Shown: positions 1 through 11,044, numbered from the stretch's first letter. The stretch is 64,000 nt of DNA from an uncultured Phycisphaerales bacterium (GCA_963755915.1 CAVWLP010000002.1:512001-576000); one strand, 5' to 3'. Notes: generated from the letters alone by a model not told the origin. Translations and numbers: made by a program.

Positions 1-191
1 TCGCCGTCGGCCCGGGCATCCGCCGCGGACTCGACCTCACCATCTACGCCGACCTCACCATTAACACCGAAGACACCTTCTCCACCGTCGCCTACCTCCT
101 CGGGATTCCCGTGATCCAAAAAGTTGACGGCCACCCCGTGATGCAAATCATCGACCGCTCAAACCAGGAACTCCTCCGGGCAAAACCGTGA
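1..191 (+). CDS. 3' end of an alkaline phosphatase/phosphodiesterase-superfamily protein (partial)
   Basis: Frame starting at base 3 reads AVGPGIRRGLDLT...TEDTFSTVAYLLGIP...VDGHPV to TGA at 189-191. This resembles the typical C-terminal GPG..D..PT...LLG...DG pattern. Confidence 0.55.
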   Translation, partial: AVGPGIRRGLDLTIYADLTINTEDTFSTVAYLLGIPVIQKVDGHPVMQIIDRSNQELLRAKP

Positions 192-196
192 GAAGA

Positions 197-288
197 GATT
201 GCCAATTGCCAATTGCCAAATGCCAATTGCCGAATGACGGAGAAAAGCCGCATTTCAATTCGGCATTTGGCATTCGGCATTCGGCATT
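197..288. repeat. Palindromic block of 7-bp tandem repeats
   Basis: (ATTGCCA/AATGCCA)n on the left and the complementary (CGGCATT/TGGCATT)n on the right. Confidence 0.85.
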
Positions 289-302
289 GATAATGATCAT
301 CC

Positions 303-686
303 ATGTCTGTCATCGGCCACGGCATCGACCTCGTCGAAATCGAGCGAATCCGCCACCTCCACGCCGAGCACGGCCAGCACTTCCTCGACCGCGTCTTCAC
401 CCCCGCCGAACAGCAATATTGCGCCCAAAACCCCAAGCGCTATTTCGAGCACCTCGCCGGCCGATTCGCCGCCAAAGAAGCGGTCCTGAAAGTCCTCGGC
501 ACCGGCTGGCGCGGCGGCATTTCCTGGACCGACATCGACGTCACCCGCGACCACGCCGGCCGGCCCGGCATCCAACTCACCGGTGAATCCGCCAAAATGG
601 CCGCCCAACTCGGCATCAAACATTGGCTCATCAGCATCACCCACGTCCAAACCCACGCCATGGCCAGCGCCATTGGCACCGAATAA
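303..686 (+). CDS. acpS: Holo-[acyl-carrier-protein] synthase
   Basis: GHGIDLVEI, AGRFAAKEAVLK and ISITH motifs; 127 aa. Confidence 0.95.
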   Translation: MSVIGHGIDLVEIERIRHLHAEHGQHFLDRVFTPAEQQYCAQNPKRYFEHLAGRFAAKEAVLKVLGTGWRGGISWTDIDVTRDHAGRPGIQLTGESAKMAAQLGIKHWLISITHVQTHAMASAIGTE

Positions 687-707
687 ACCCCCACCCAGCG
701 AGGAATC

Positions 708-2615
708 ATGAAATCGCTCTCCCCGAAGGCACTTATCCTGATCGTTGCAGCAATCGCTTGCTTATCCACACCGATTCCAACCCGCGCCGACGGCAATTTC
801 AAGAATTTCTCCGTCGCCGTATACATCCCCGTCGCCATCACCCGGCAAATGAAAGACCTCCGCTAGCTCCAGCAGCACTGGAGCCACATCTCCTCCCAGC
901 TCCACGTGGACAAGGTCTACATCGAAACCTATCGCAGCCGCCAGATCGCCGATGAGGATTCCATCGAGCCGATCAAAAAATTCTTCACCGATCAGGGCAT
1001 CCGCGTCGCCGGTGGGCTGGCGCTTCAGGATATCAGCCAGGCCGGCCAGTTCCGCTCCTTCTCCTACGCCGATCCCGATGATCGCAAATATATCCAAAGC
1101 GTCGTCGAACTCACCGCCCGGCACTTCAACGAAATCATCCTCGACGATTTCTACTTCTACAGCACCAAGACCGACGCCGACATTTCCGCCAAAGGCGATC
1201 GAACCTGGACCGACTACCGCCTCGCCGCAATGGACGATGCTTCCCAAAACCTCCTCATAAAACCCGCCCGCGCGGTAAACCCCAACGTCAGAATCATCAT
1301 CAAGTTCCCGAACTGGTACGAACACTTCCAGGGCTTGGGATACGATCTGGCCCGCGAGCCGCAGATTTTTGACGGCATCTTTACCGGCACCGAAACGCGC
1401 GACCCCCTCTTCACCGAGCAGCATCTCCAGGCTTATGAGAGCTACAATATCGTGCGCTATTTCGACAACATCGCCCCGGATCGCAACGGCGGAGGCTGGA
1501 TCGACACCTTCGACGTCAAAACCATCGATCGCTATGCCGAGCAGTTGTGGGACACCGCTTTCGCCAAGCCGCGCGAAATCATGCTCTTCAACTTCGCCGC
1601 CCTCGAGCAGCCCACCGCCCCCGGCAACCGCGACCAGTGGCAGGACCTCCCCACCAGCTTCAACTATTCCCAGTTCGCTGCCGCCAACCGGCAGATCACC
1701 GCCCCTCCCCCACCCACCATGGCCAAAGCCGCAGACTATTCCCTCCGCCAGGTCGACGCCTTTCTCGGCCAACTCGGCAATCCCATCGGCCTCCAAAGCT
1801 ATCGCCCGCCTCACGCCACCGGCGAAGACTATCTCCACAACTACCTTGGCATGATCGGCATCCCCATCGATCTCCATCCCGATTTCCCCACCGACGCCCC
1901 AACCATCCTCCTCACCGAATCCGCAAAGTTCGACCCCGACATCGTCCAAAAAATCAAATCCCAACTCACCGCCGGAAAATCGGTCGTCATAACCTCCGGC
2001 CTCCTGCACGCCCTCCAGGACAGAGGCATCGACGACATCTGCGAGCTGCGCTGCACCGACCGCAAAGCAATCATCACCGATTTCCAGGGCCCGCGCGGCC
2101 GCCCGCTCGGCCATGTCTCCCGCCCCGCCGGCATCCTCATCCCACAGATCGACTTCCTCACCAACGACGCCTGGATGCTCCTCACCGGTATTGCCAACGG
2201 AAACGGCTATCCAATCCTGCTCATGAACCGCTATTCAACCGGAATCCTTTACGTCCTGACAATCCCCGACAATTTCGCCGACCTGTACGATTTCCCCCCC
2301 GAAGCCCTCGCCCCAATTCGCCGAGCCCTCCTGGCCAATTTCCCCGCAATCCTCAACGCCCCCAGCCAGGTAAGTCTTTTCGCCTATGACAACAACACCT
2401 TCATCGCCGAGTCCTATCTCCCAACCCCCTCCTACGCCACCCTCGAACTCACCTCCCCCGCAGCCCGCCTCCGCGACCTCCAAACCAACTGGATCATCAC
2501 CGGCCACCCCAACATTGCCCCATCCCCGACCTCCCGACCTTCAGCACCCCCCAGAACCCTCTTCTCATTCCAGCTCCCCCCGCATTCCTACGAGGCCTTT
2601 TCTGCCGAGCCGTAA
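708..2615 (+). CDS. Secreted protein with a probable TIM-barrel glycoside-hydrolase-like domain; in-frame TAG at 864-866
   Basis: AGGA RBS and ATG 708 give a signal peptide (MKSLSPKALILIVAAIACLS) in the same frame as ORF 906-2615, broken by one TAG. EIILDDFYF and FPNWYEHF motifs. Confidence 0.6.
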
Positions 2616-3137
2616 GGAAATACCGACTGCGAATTTCCAATGAAAATTAGCGAGGGTTCCATCCAAAGCTGGCGCTCCTCGCCGTCATTTTCGTTTAGAA
2701 AACGCCATATATCGCCTGGAATTTGGGGTTTCCTGTCTACCGGCTTCAGACCGTTAAGAAAAGGTAAAGAGGGTGGAGGGGGTGCGGGGGAGGCGGGAGA
2801 AAGAGCTTTGAATAAATGGGCCGTCTCCCGCCTCCCCTGCATCGCATTCGCATTTAAAGAGACCACCGACTTTCACCCGAATTCAAATCGCACCCCCGCC
2901 CTAAGGTACTCCGGCAGCGACATCTTTTTGCTTGATTGCCTTTAAAGACCGGGGTAGACTACGGTTCTTAGGTGGCGGGTTAGTCGATCGGCCTCAGGAA
3001 AGCGTCTCGTGCATTGTCTCTCCTCCGTGTCCGTTTTATCCCTCCCGCAATGGTTGCTTATGCAGCCTCTTTCGATTTGGCCCGGAAAGAACCAATGACC
3101 TCGGGCTTTTGGTCTACCCATTCAAAGGAGATTCCAA

Positions 3138-3545
3138 ATGGGTAAGAAGTTGTATGTGGGTAACCTGAGCTACAGCGTGGATAGCTCGGAACTCGAACAG
3201 TTATTCGCCCAGCACGGGCAGGTGGTTTCCGCACAAATCATCAACGACCGGGACACCGGCCGCAGCAAGGGCTTCGGGTTCGTCGAAATGGCGACCGACC
3301 AGGAAGCAACCGCGGCGGTTACGGCCCTCAACGGCCAACAGCACAACGGCCGCGCCCTCACCGTCAATGAAGCGCGCCCACGCGAAGAACGCAGTGGCGG
3401 CGGCGGCGGTGGCGGTCGCGGATTCGGCGGCGGTGGTGGTGGTGGACGCGGCTTCGGTGGCGGCGGCGGCGGTGGACGCGGCGGCTACGGCGGCGGTGGT
3501 GGACGCGGAGACCGCGGCGACCGCGGAAATCGCGACCGCTACTAA
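3138..3545 (+). CDS. RNA-binding protein, RRM domain with Gly-rich tail
   Basis: RNP2 LYVGNL, RNP1 [12 protein letters not shown] repeats, AGGAG RBS. Confidence 0.95.
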   Translation: MGKKLYVGNLSYSVDSSELEQLFAQHGQVVSAQIINDRDTGRSKGFGFVEMATDQEATAAVTALNGQQHNGRALTVNEARPREERSGGGGGGGRGFGGGGGGGRGFGGGGGGGRGGYGGGGGRGDRGDRGNRDRY

Positions 3546-3571
3546 TCCCCTCCCCCAAAATCTTGAATAGC

Positions 3572-3604
3572 CAAAAACCCTCGCAACCCTCGCGAGGGTT
3601 TTTG
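3572..3604. terminator. Probable bidirectional intrinsic terminator
   Basis: CAAAAACCCTCGC-loop-GCGAGGGTTTTTG hairpin between convergent genes. Confidence 0.85.
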
Positions 3605-3635
3605 CTTTCCGCTCTTTTGTCCTTGTCGCCGATTT

Positions 3636-5496
3636 CTAAACGTCAATCGCGACGTTTCCCACCGGCTTTGACTGACAGGCGAGAATAAAACCATGCTCCC
3701 TGTCGCAATCACTTAGACCCTCATCCACGTCCATCTGAACATTACCCGACAAAAGTTTCACCTTGCACCGTCCGCAGATTCCAGCCAGGCAGCCTCGATC
3801 GATCCCCACTCCGGCAAGATACGCGGCATCAAGAACCGTTTCTCCCGCGTGCACCGGCGCCGACTTTCCCAACTCCGCAAACGTCACTGAGCCAACCACC
3901 GAACCCCCATTATTCGCATGAGCAAGTGTCGTTGTCTTCGGCGCCGCTCCCCCAAACGCCTCCGACCGAATCTGATCGTCCGCCACCCCCGCGTCCCGGA
4001 GCATCCGCTTCACATCATTGGCCATCTCAATCGGGCCACAAATATGCACCCGTCGTCCCTTCGAGCCATTCAGCACCTTGCCAAGTAACTCCATGGAAAT
4101 CCGCCCTCGCGAACCCGACCATTCACCCGGTGGCTCCTGCGTCAACGTCGTCACCACCCGCAAATTGGCGCCCTTTTCGGCGAGCGATTTCAATTCCTCC
4201 CGAAAGATAATCTCCCGCTCGGTCCTGGCGCAATAGACCAGGTCTATTTTGCCCGGCCATTGCCGATCCGTCAGATAGCGAATCACAGACATGAGCGGCG
4301 TAATCCCCACCCCCGCCCCCACGAGCACGATCGAATCCGCCTCCTCCCCCGTAAACGTAAACCGCCCGCCCGGCCCCGAAACGCCAACCTCCATCCCCTG
4401 CCTGAGATGTTCATGCAAATGGCGCGATACGGTTCCCGCCTGCTCGCGCTTGACGGTGATTTCGCAATACTCCCTGCATGTCGGCGACGAAGCGATCGTG
4501 TAACACCGCCGATGCAGAACTCCATCGATCATGACTTCCACGTTCAAAAACTGCCCCGGCAGGAAGGCGAACGGAAGTTTCTCCCCGTCGATGGGCGACA
4601 GCCGAAACGTCCGCACAGACGGCGTGCAGTCAGACACACCCGCCACCCGAAGCCTCCCGCTCCAACGCCCCGGTTGCGGAATGCCCGCCGCAACCGCCGG
4701 CGCCTGCGGCTGGCCTATCCGACCGATCAACTCAATTTTGTCCCCAACGCTCAGAATGCCGGACGGCTTCAGATCAACCAATCGTGTATTTATCGCCAGC
4801 CGATAGTAATGATTGAATCGCGAAGATTCCGCCCACTCCGGCAAATACTTCCGCCGCAGCTCCACAAACTTCTTCGCAAAGTCAGGAACGCTCATCCCCG
4901 TCAGCGGGTCCCGCGCCGGAACCACACATCGCTGGCACGGATTAATTCCGTCGAAAACGATCTCACCAATCCTGAATCGCACCGTAACCCCGCGCTGACC
5001 ATACAACTGATCCTCCCAGAACGGCGGAACCCCATCCACTTCAAGATTGGTCCGAAACCGCGCCCGGGTTTGCTCGAGCGGCAGGTTAAACCATTCCGAA
5101 ATCGCGCAGCGTCGCCGTGCTGATCAGGGTCGGACCCGGAGAATCCGTATCGTCCGGAAAACCGGCGCCAACATTTTCCCGAAACGACACCGTAAACCCG
5201 AAGAATTCCCCCAACCACGCTTCCAGCGCATCGCGCTGCGAAAAAATATGAAACGTGTTCGATTTGTCGTCTTCGCCAACCGCGAGCTTCAACGTCTGAC
5301 TCACCGGATCGAATGCCGATCGCAACAGGTGAACGCGCGGATTTCGCTTGCCATTGACGTACTGACCCGATCCATCAAAAATCGCAAACCGCCGATCGTC
5401 CGCCAGGGCGCCGGTGGGAAGCACCCTCGCCGAATCGACGGAAACGCCATCGAGCGACTTGATGGGGTAAACGAAGATGCGCGACAAATACGCCAT
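3636..5496 (-). CDS. MOSC-domain protein fused to FAD/NAD reductase and 2Fe-2S ferredoxin (YcbX-like); frameshift near 5103
   Basis: MOSC_N (YPIKSLDG, DRRFAI) in ORF 5086-5505. ORF 3636-5039 has PCQRC, RCYTIAS, GAGVGITP, ICGP and CLAGICGRC...LACQ. Confidence 0.85.
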
Positions 5497-5595
5497 CGCC
5501 AGCATCGAAATATACTAAAATATTTGCCATCACGGCAAATATACTTGATCGCAATCCGCTAAAGTTGTCTAATAGGCAACGCAATTGGCCCCAAA

Positions 5596-5997
5596 ATGGC
5601 GAAATCACCAACCATTCGCATTGCCGCCGCGATCATCAACAATACCCAGGGCCACACGCTTCTGGTGCGCAAACTCGGCACCCAGACGTTTATCCAGCCA
5701 GGGGGTAAGATCAATCCAAACGAGACGCCCCTCGACGCCCTTCATCGCGAGCTTGGGGAAGAATTGAACTGCACTCCATTACGAACGCGATTCTGCGGAC
5801 ACTTTTCCGCGCCCGCCGTCAATGAGCCGCAGCACCTCGTCGAAGCGGCGATTTATTTCGTCGACATCGAAGGCTCCGTCGCGCCCGCCTCTGAAATCGC
5901 CGAAATCGCCTGGGTCGATCCCAAAAACCCCGGCGACCTCCAAATCGCCCCGCTGACCCGCGACCATGTTTTGCCGTTGGCTCAATCGGAATCTTAA
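5596..5997 (+). CDS. NUDIX hydrolase (MutT-like)
   Basis: Nudix box PGGKINPNETPLDALHRELGEEL. Confidence 0.9.
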   Translation: MAKSPTIRIAAAIINNTQGHTLLVRKLGTQTFIQPGGKINPNETPLDALHRELGEELNCTPLRTRFCGHFSAPAVNEPQHLVEAAIYFVDIEGSVAPASEIAEIAWVDPKNPGDLQIAPLTRDHVLPLAQSES

Positions 5998-6130
5998 TAC
6001 CGCGTTAGCGCCAACGACAACGTCCTTAACACCACTCGCCTTCGCCGCTAAAGTGAGCCATCAAAACGTCCTCGCCGTGTGGACGGAACAATCCGATTTT
6101 GCCATCGCCAAAAACCAAATGGGGACCAAA

Positions 6131-7490
6131 ATGCAATTTTCTCGCGCGATCTCCAAACCCTCCTCGTATTGCGCTCTCGCTGCGAAGCTTGCGACGCTCG
6201 CCGCCCTCAGCCTCTTCGCCTTCTCCACGATCGCCCCCGCCCAAACGGATGATTCCACCGAATTGCGCAAAGGCGCCGCCGCCATGGGCGACTTCTCCGC
6301 CGACGCGCCCGGCGTTCGCCGCGTCATCACCGTCGCCGATCTCCCAGCGCCCTACGCCACGCCCTCCGCTCGAGAAATGGCTTTCATCGTCCGCCGACCT
6401 GACGGCGTTCTGCCCAAAGCTCCCCCTGGATTCACCGTCGATCTCCTGGCCGCGGGCCTCCGCAATCCGCGAAAAATCATCACCGCCCCCAACGGCGATA
6501 TCTTCGTCGCCGAAAGCAGCGCCAATCGCGTCAGCGTCCTCCATCCCAACGCCGATGGAACGATCGCCGAAAAACACGTCTTCGCCGCCGATCTCCAACA
6601 GCCGTTTGGCATTGCGTTCTATCCACCGGGGCCGAATCCGCAGTACGTTTACATTGCCAACACCGGTTCCGTCGTGCGCTATCCGTACCAGAATGGCGAC
6701 ACCACCGCCCGCGCCGCCCAGGAGATGATCGTCCCGGACATCCCCAGCGGCGGCCGCCTGACCGGTGGCGGACACTGGACCCGCGACGTCGTCTTTTCCC
6801 TTGACGGCTCCAAAATGTTCGTCTCCGTCGGCTCCCATTCCAATGTCGACGATAACCCCGTCGCAGAAAAAAATCGCGCCGATATCCTGCAATTTAATCC
6901 CGATGGAACCGGCTTCCGCATCTTTGCCTCCGGCATTCGCAACGCCGTCGGCCTCGCCATCGATCCGAACAGTGGAATTCTCTGGGCCTCCGTCAACGAG
7001 CGTGACGAGCTCGGCGACAACGTCCCGCCGGACTACATCACCCACATCCAGGACAACGGATTCTACGGCTGGCCGTGGTACTACATCGGCAACCACCAGG
7101 ACCCGCGCCATGCCGGCGCTCATCCCGAACTGGCAGACAAGGTCATCGTCCCCGACGTGCTCATCCAGACCCACTCCGCCTCCCTCTGCATCACCTTCTA
7201 CGAAGCCACCCAATTCCCCCGCAAATTCAGCGGCTTTGCCTTCGCGGCCGAGCACGGCTCCTGGAACCGCTCCCTGCGAACGGGATACAAAGTCATCTGC
7301 GTCCCCATGAAAGACGGCAAATCCGACGGCGGTGAATACGACGATTTCCTAACCGGCTTCGTCACCGACTCCGGCGACGTCTGGGGCCGCCCCGTCGGCG
7401 TTACCGTCGACAGCCAGGGCTCCCTCCTCGTCAGCGACGATGGATCGAACAGCATTTGGCGCGTCCGCTACACCGGCGCCCGGGGGCTAA
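6131..7490 (+). CDS. Sorbosone/PQQ-dependent sugar dehydrogenase family beta-propeller protein
   Basis: Signal peptide; GGHWTR, GIRNAVG, NERDELGD, YGWP, HGSWNR and GRPVGV motifs. The true stop is probably TAA 7488-7490, masked by a G-run indel; the called ORF runs to 7684. Confidence 0.85.
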
Positions 7491-7496
7491 TCGAAA

Positions 7497-8445
7497 ATGA
7501 ACAATCCCCGCGCCCGCGCGTTTACCCTGATCGAGCTTCTTGTCGTGATCGGCATCATTGCCGTTCTGCTGGGGATTCTCCTGCCTGTTATCAGCCGGGC
7601 CAGGCAGCAGGCGGACTCCATCAAGTGCATGTCGAACCTTCGCCAGATCGGACAGGCGCTGATCGCCTATTCCATCGACCATGACGGAATCGTCGTCCCC
7701 GCATATAACGTCCCCTGGCTCCCCGGCGCAACCACCAACTACACCTGTTTCGGCGCCCCTCAGGCGATGGACGGCTGGGCCGCCATCCTCGACCGCGACG
7801 GATACACGCGCGAACCCGCTCAATCGAGCAACTCTGTTTTCTATTGCCCCTTCACCACCGACAACGACGGCATGGCCCAGGGCCCAACGGGAACCGCCTA
7901 CCAAAATTCCCGCGGCTGGATCGAATGGCCCATGGAATTCCCCGGGCCCACCGGCGGTGATGACGATCCCCAGATTCCCCTCACCATCCCCACGCTCGGC
8001 TTCAACAAGATCATCCGCTGTAGCTATTGGATCAACGCCTTCAACCCCGTCGGACCGCCCTCGAGCCCCTTGCCCAATCTGAGCCAAAAGGATGTCTACT
8101 ACACCAACGAGGTCGGCTGGGGGCCCGACATCAACGGCCAGTTCATGCTCCCGCACAAAGTTTCCGCGATCAAGCATTCCTCCCGCCTGATCGTCGCTGC
8201 CGACGGGGTATTTACCGGCGCAGCCTGACGACCGCCTCGGGCAGACCAACTGCGACATCGGCTACCGGCATCATGGGGATCATGGCGATTCGACCGTTGC
8301 CAACGTCGCCTTCGCGGACGGGCATGTTGAATCCATCGACGGCAACGACTTCCCGCAGCAGAAGTCCACATCTAATCCGCTCGCCGCGGAGGAGAACCTC
8401 TCTGGGCCTACGCTGTACGAGGATCCGGAGGCGATCTTTCAATAG
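7497..8445 (+). CDS. Prepilin-type N-terminal methylation protein (DUF1559 / H-X9-DG family); frameshift near 8218
   Basis: [14 protein letters not shown]...C.SNLRQIG. The alternative frame continues YRHHG...[11 protein letters not shown] to TAG 8445. Confidence 0.85.
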
Positions 8446-8668
8446 CGCAATGCTGGATTCGGCAGGGGTTTGCGGGTGATGCGGTCCGGCAAATTTTACA
8501 TAATTTTACATTTTTTTACGTTTTCGGCGACTTTTGTTAGTATATGCTATCTTACGCTTGGGAAAGATCGGTTGTTTAACGGATGATAAACAAATCGGAG
8601 GATATTTTGCTTGACTTTTGTACGGTATCTGTTAGGATATGGTAAATCTCTTACTATGGGGTGAATTC

Positions 8669-9246
8669 ATGCTGGAAGAAGATGGGGTCAATACGGACAT
8701 GTTGCATGATGACGGCGCGGATAAATCTGGCGAAGAGGTGTCAGACGGGGTTGTTTCAGGCGAGATGCAGTTAAAGGGGGGCGACTCGGCCGGGGCGGAT
8801 GACGAGCTTGGGAAGGCGGTTTTGAAACTGGGTGCGGAGCAGCAGCGGGCGCTTTCGTTTTTGGTGGAGGGGAAATCGCTGGTAGAGACGTCGCGGATTT
8901 GCCGGATATCGAGGCAGACGCTGTACCTGTGGATGAAGGAGGATGCGGCGTATAACCGGTGGTGCGAACAGATGCATCAGAGCGCCCGGTCGCGCCTATT
9001 GGGGATGGCGGACAAGGCGACGGTGGCGGTGGAGCGGGCGCTGGAGAATGGGGATGCGCGGCGGCGCTGCAATTGCTGCGGGGGCTGGGGGTGCTGAAGG
9101 AGCAGAAAGCCGGATCGGGGGATGCGGGGGAGATGAAGAGGGAAATGGAGTGGGAGAAGCATAAGAGGAGGGTGGTGGAGGAGAAGAGGAGGCATAGGGC
9201 GGTGATTGATCAGGCGACTTTGCCGCTGGGGAGGGGGAGGAGGTGA
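8669..9246 (+). CDS. Helix-turn-helix protein (phage small-terminase-like HTH); frameshift near 9060
   Basis: QQRALSFLVEGKSLVETSRICRISRQTLYLWMKED HTH; continues as AALQLLRGLG in a second frame. Confidence 0.55.
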
Positions 9247-9261
9247 GGGAATGGGGATTGC

Positions 9262-9285
9262 GGTTCGACTCGGCTCACCGAAGTC
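9262..9285. mobile_element. 24-bp small dispersed repeat, copy 1
   Basis: GGTTCGACTCGGCTCACCGAAGTC, 22/24 identical to 43626-43649. It interrupts a GATTGCC heptamer tract. Confidence 0.75.
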
Positions 9286-9410
9286 CGATTGCCGAATGAT
9301 GAATGAGGCAAGGCGATGATTTCCTATTGCCTATTGAATGGGGGGTTGGGATGGACATGAAGCAATGTATTGGTCCTGCGGAGCATTGCAGCGCGGTTGA
9401 CAGACGAAAC

Positions 9411-9439
9411 TTGACGTTATAGGAAATATCCTATATCAT
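9411..9439 (+). promoter_or_regulatory. Sigma70 promoter of the TA operon with an overlapping palindromic operator
   Basis: TTGACG (9411-9416), 17-bp spacer, TATCAT (9434-9439). TATAGGA-N4-TCCTATA at 9418-9435. AAGGAG RBS at 9441. Confidence 0.8.
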
Positions 9440-9452
9440 GAAGGAGTAAATT

Positions 9453-9835
9453 TTGACCGATTTTAAGGAGGATGACAGGCGAGAAACGCCGGTGCTGCGA
9501 TCATTGGTATGGCTGGGAAATTCCAGGCGAAATGTTCAGGCGTTTTCCGACGGCGCAGAAATTGATCGGCGATGAATTGCAATTGATCCAGTTCGGCGGA
9601 ATGCCCAAAGACGCCAAGCCGTTCAGGGGAGTCGGCAGCGGCGTGATCGAAATCGCTTTGCGGTACACAGGCGACGCCTACCGGGCGGTTGTGGCCGTCC
9701 AACTCGGCAAAAAAATCTTTGCTCCACGCCTTTCAGAAGAAATCGAAGAAAGGCATCGCAACGCCAAAACAGGATGTTGACCTGATCAAACAACGTTATG
9801 CGGAAGCAAGGGAGCTGGCGAGATATGAAGAATAA
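9453..9835 (+). CDS. Type II toxin, RelE/HigB (Gp49-like); two apparent frameshifts
   Basis: Three frames join as LRSLVWLGNSRR / GDELQLIQFG...GSGVIEIALRYTGDAYRAV / LHAFQKKSKKGIATPKQDVDLIKQRY. Confidence 0.8.
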
Positions 9836-10160
9836 CCACAAGAAGCCGACGTTCGACAAAGGCTCCGGCAATGTCTTTGCCGACCTGGGGCGCGATGACG
9901 CCGACGAATTGTTTGCACGGGCAAAGATCGGGTTTCATGTCTTTCAGATACTCAAAGACAAGAACCTGCCGCAACGGGAAGTCGCCTCGCTATTGGGGAT
10001 CAAACAGCCGGAAGTCTCGCATTTGATGAACGGTCATTTCAGCCGGTTCACGACGGACAAACTTTTGGAATTCCTCAAAAGGCTGGAACGCAAGGTTATG
10101 ATCCGGATTAGCCCCCATAAGCCGGGTGAGCCGTATCAGGAGATCGCCTTTAGCCGATAA
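9825..10160 (+). CDS. XRE-family HTH antitoxin (HigA-like)
   Basis: GSGNVFADLG and LPQREVASLLGIKQPEVSHLMNG; overlaps the toxin stop. Confidence 0.85.
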   Translation: MKNNHKKPTFDKGSGNVFADLGRDDADELFARAKIGFHVFQILKDKNLPQREVASLLGIKQPEVSHLMNGHFSRFTTDKLLEFLKRLERKVMIRISPHKPGEPYQEIAFSR

Positions 10161-10195
10161 AACGCCCCAAGCCACGAACGCTTTCAAGACTTTTA

Positions 10196-10690
10196 ATGAA
10201 TCGCCCGACCCGTATCATTTTGGCCGTCGTGACGTTGTACGTTTCGTGGATGGCGATGATGGCCGTGCATGAATCCGGGCACGTTCTTGCCGCGCTGGCC
10301 GGGGGCGGACGAGTGCGGCGGGTTGTGCTACCCTTTACTGATTTTTCCCGCACGGACGTCGATCCGAATCCCTCGCCGCGATTGGAAGTCTGGGGTGGAC
10401 CTGTTTGGGGAAGTGTAATCCCGCTGCTCGTGTGGCTGCTCGTTCGACGGAGATTCTCCAAGCCCGTGAATATTGCATTCGGATTTTTCACCGGACTTTG
10501 CCTTGTTGCCAACGGCGCTTATCTGGGAATTGGCTGGACCATGAGCGCCGGCGATGCCGCGCAACTGAAAAAACTCGGCACGCCGATCTGGGTGCTCATT
10601 CTTTTCGGTCTGACAACGACCGTTATGGGGTTATACATCTGGCACACGCTTGGGCGGCTCGAAGATCTGTTCAAGCCTTCGAAGCGATAG
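10196..10690 (+). CDS. M50-family membrane metallopeptidase-like protein
   Basis: HESGH (HExxH) in a hydrophobic segment, GGP motif and GDA motif. Confidence 0.75.
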   Translation: MNRPTRIILAVVTLYVSWMAMMAVHESGHVLAALAGGGRVRRVVLPFTDFSRTDVDPNPSPRLEVWGGPVWGSVIPLLVWLLVRRRFSKPVNIAFGFFTGLCLVANGAYLGIGWTMSAGDAAQLKKLGTPIWVLILFGLTTTVMGLYIWHTLGRLEDLFKPSKR

Positions 10691-10762
10691 AGCTGTTCTG
10701 CCTCACGTCTACTCGAGCTTGTTCTGCCAGTCTTGAGCGGTGTAAAAATTACGCATCAACGG

Positions 10763-11044
10763 TCATTCCGGGTGGCTGGCTCGCCATGCGTTCGATTTCT
10801 TTCGGAAATGTTCGCGGACTTCCTCGGACGTAAAAGTCTTTCCGCCGGCTTAGATTCCATCCGAAATCTCGTCGAGTTCGGCAATCACTTCGGGCGTGAA
10901 CAGGTGATCAAAATTCTCCTGCTCCTCGGAAAAATCGCTTTCCAGCCGGTCCGCCACGAATTCATCAACGCTCGCAAAGCCCGCTTCGCGTGCCCGCCGC
11001 TCGGCTTCCTTGTAAAGCTGATCGTTGAGCTGGACCTTTTGCAT
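10763..11044 (-). CDS. Small antitoxin-like protein; in-frame TAA at 10850-10852
   Basis: MQKVQLNDQLYKEAERRAREAGFASVDEFV...GI*AGGKTFTSEEVREHF reads on past the stop. TATAAT lies upstream. Confidence 0.45.

Noticed and set aside
3395-3540. GGCGGT-type tandem repeats
   Set aside because: They encode the ordinary Gly-rich tail of the RRM protein.
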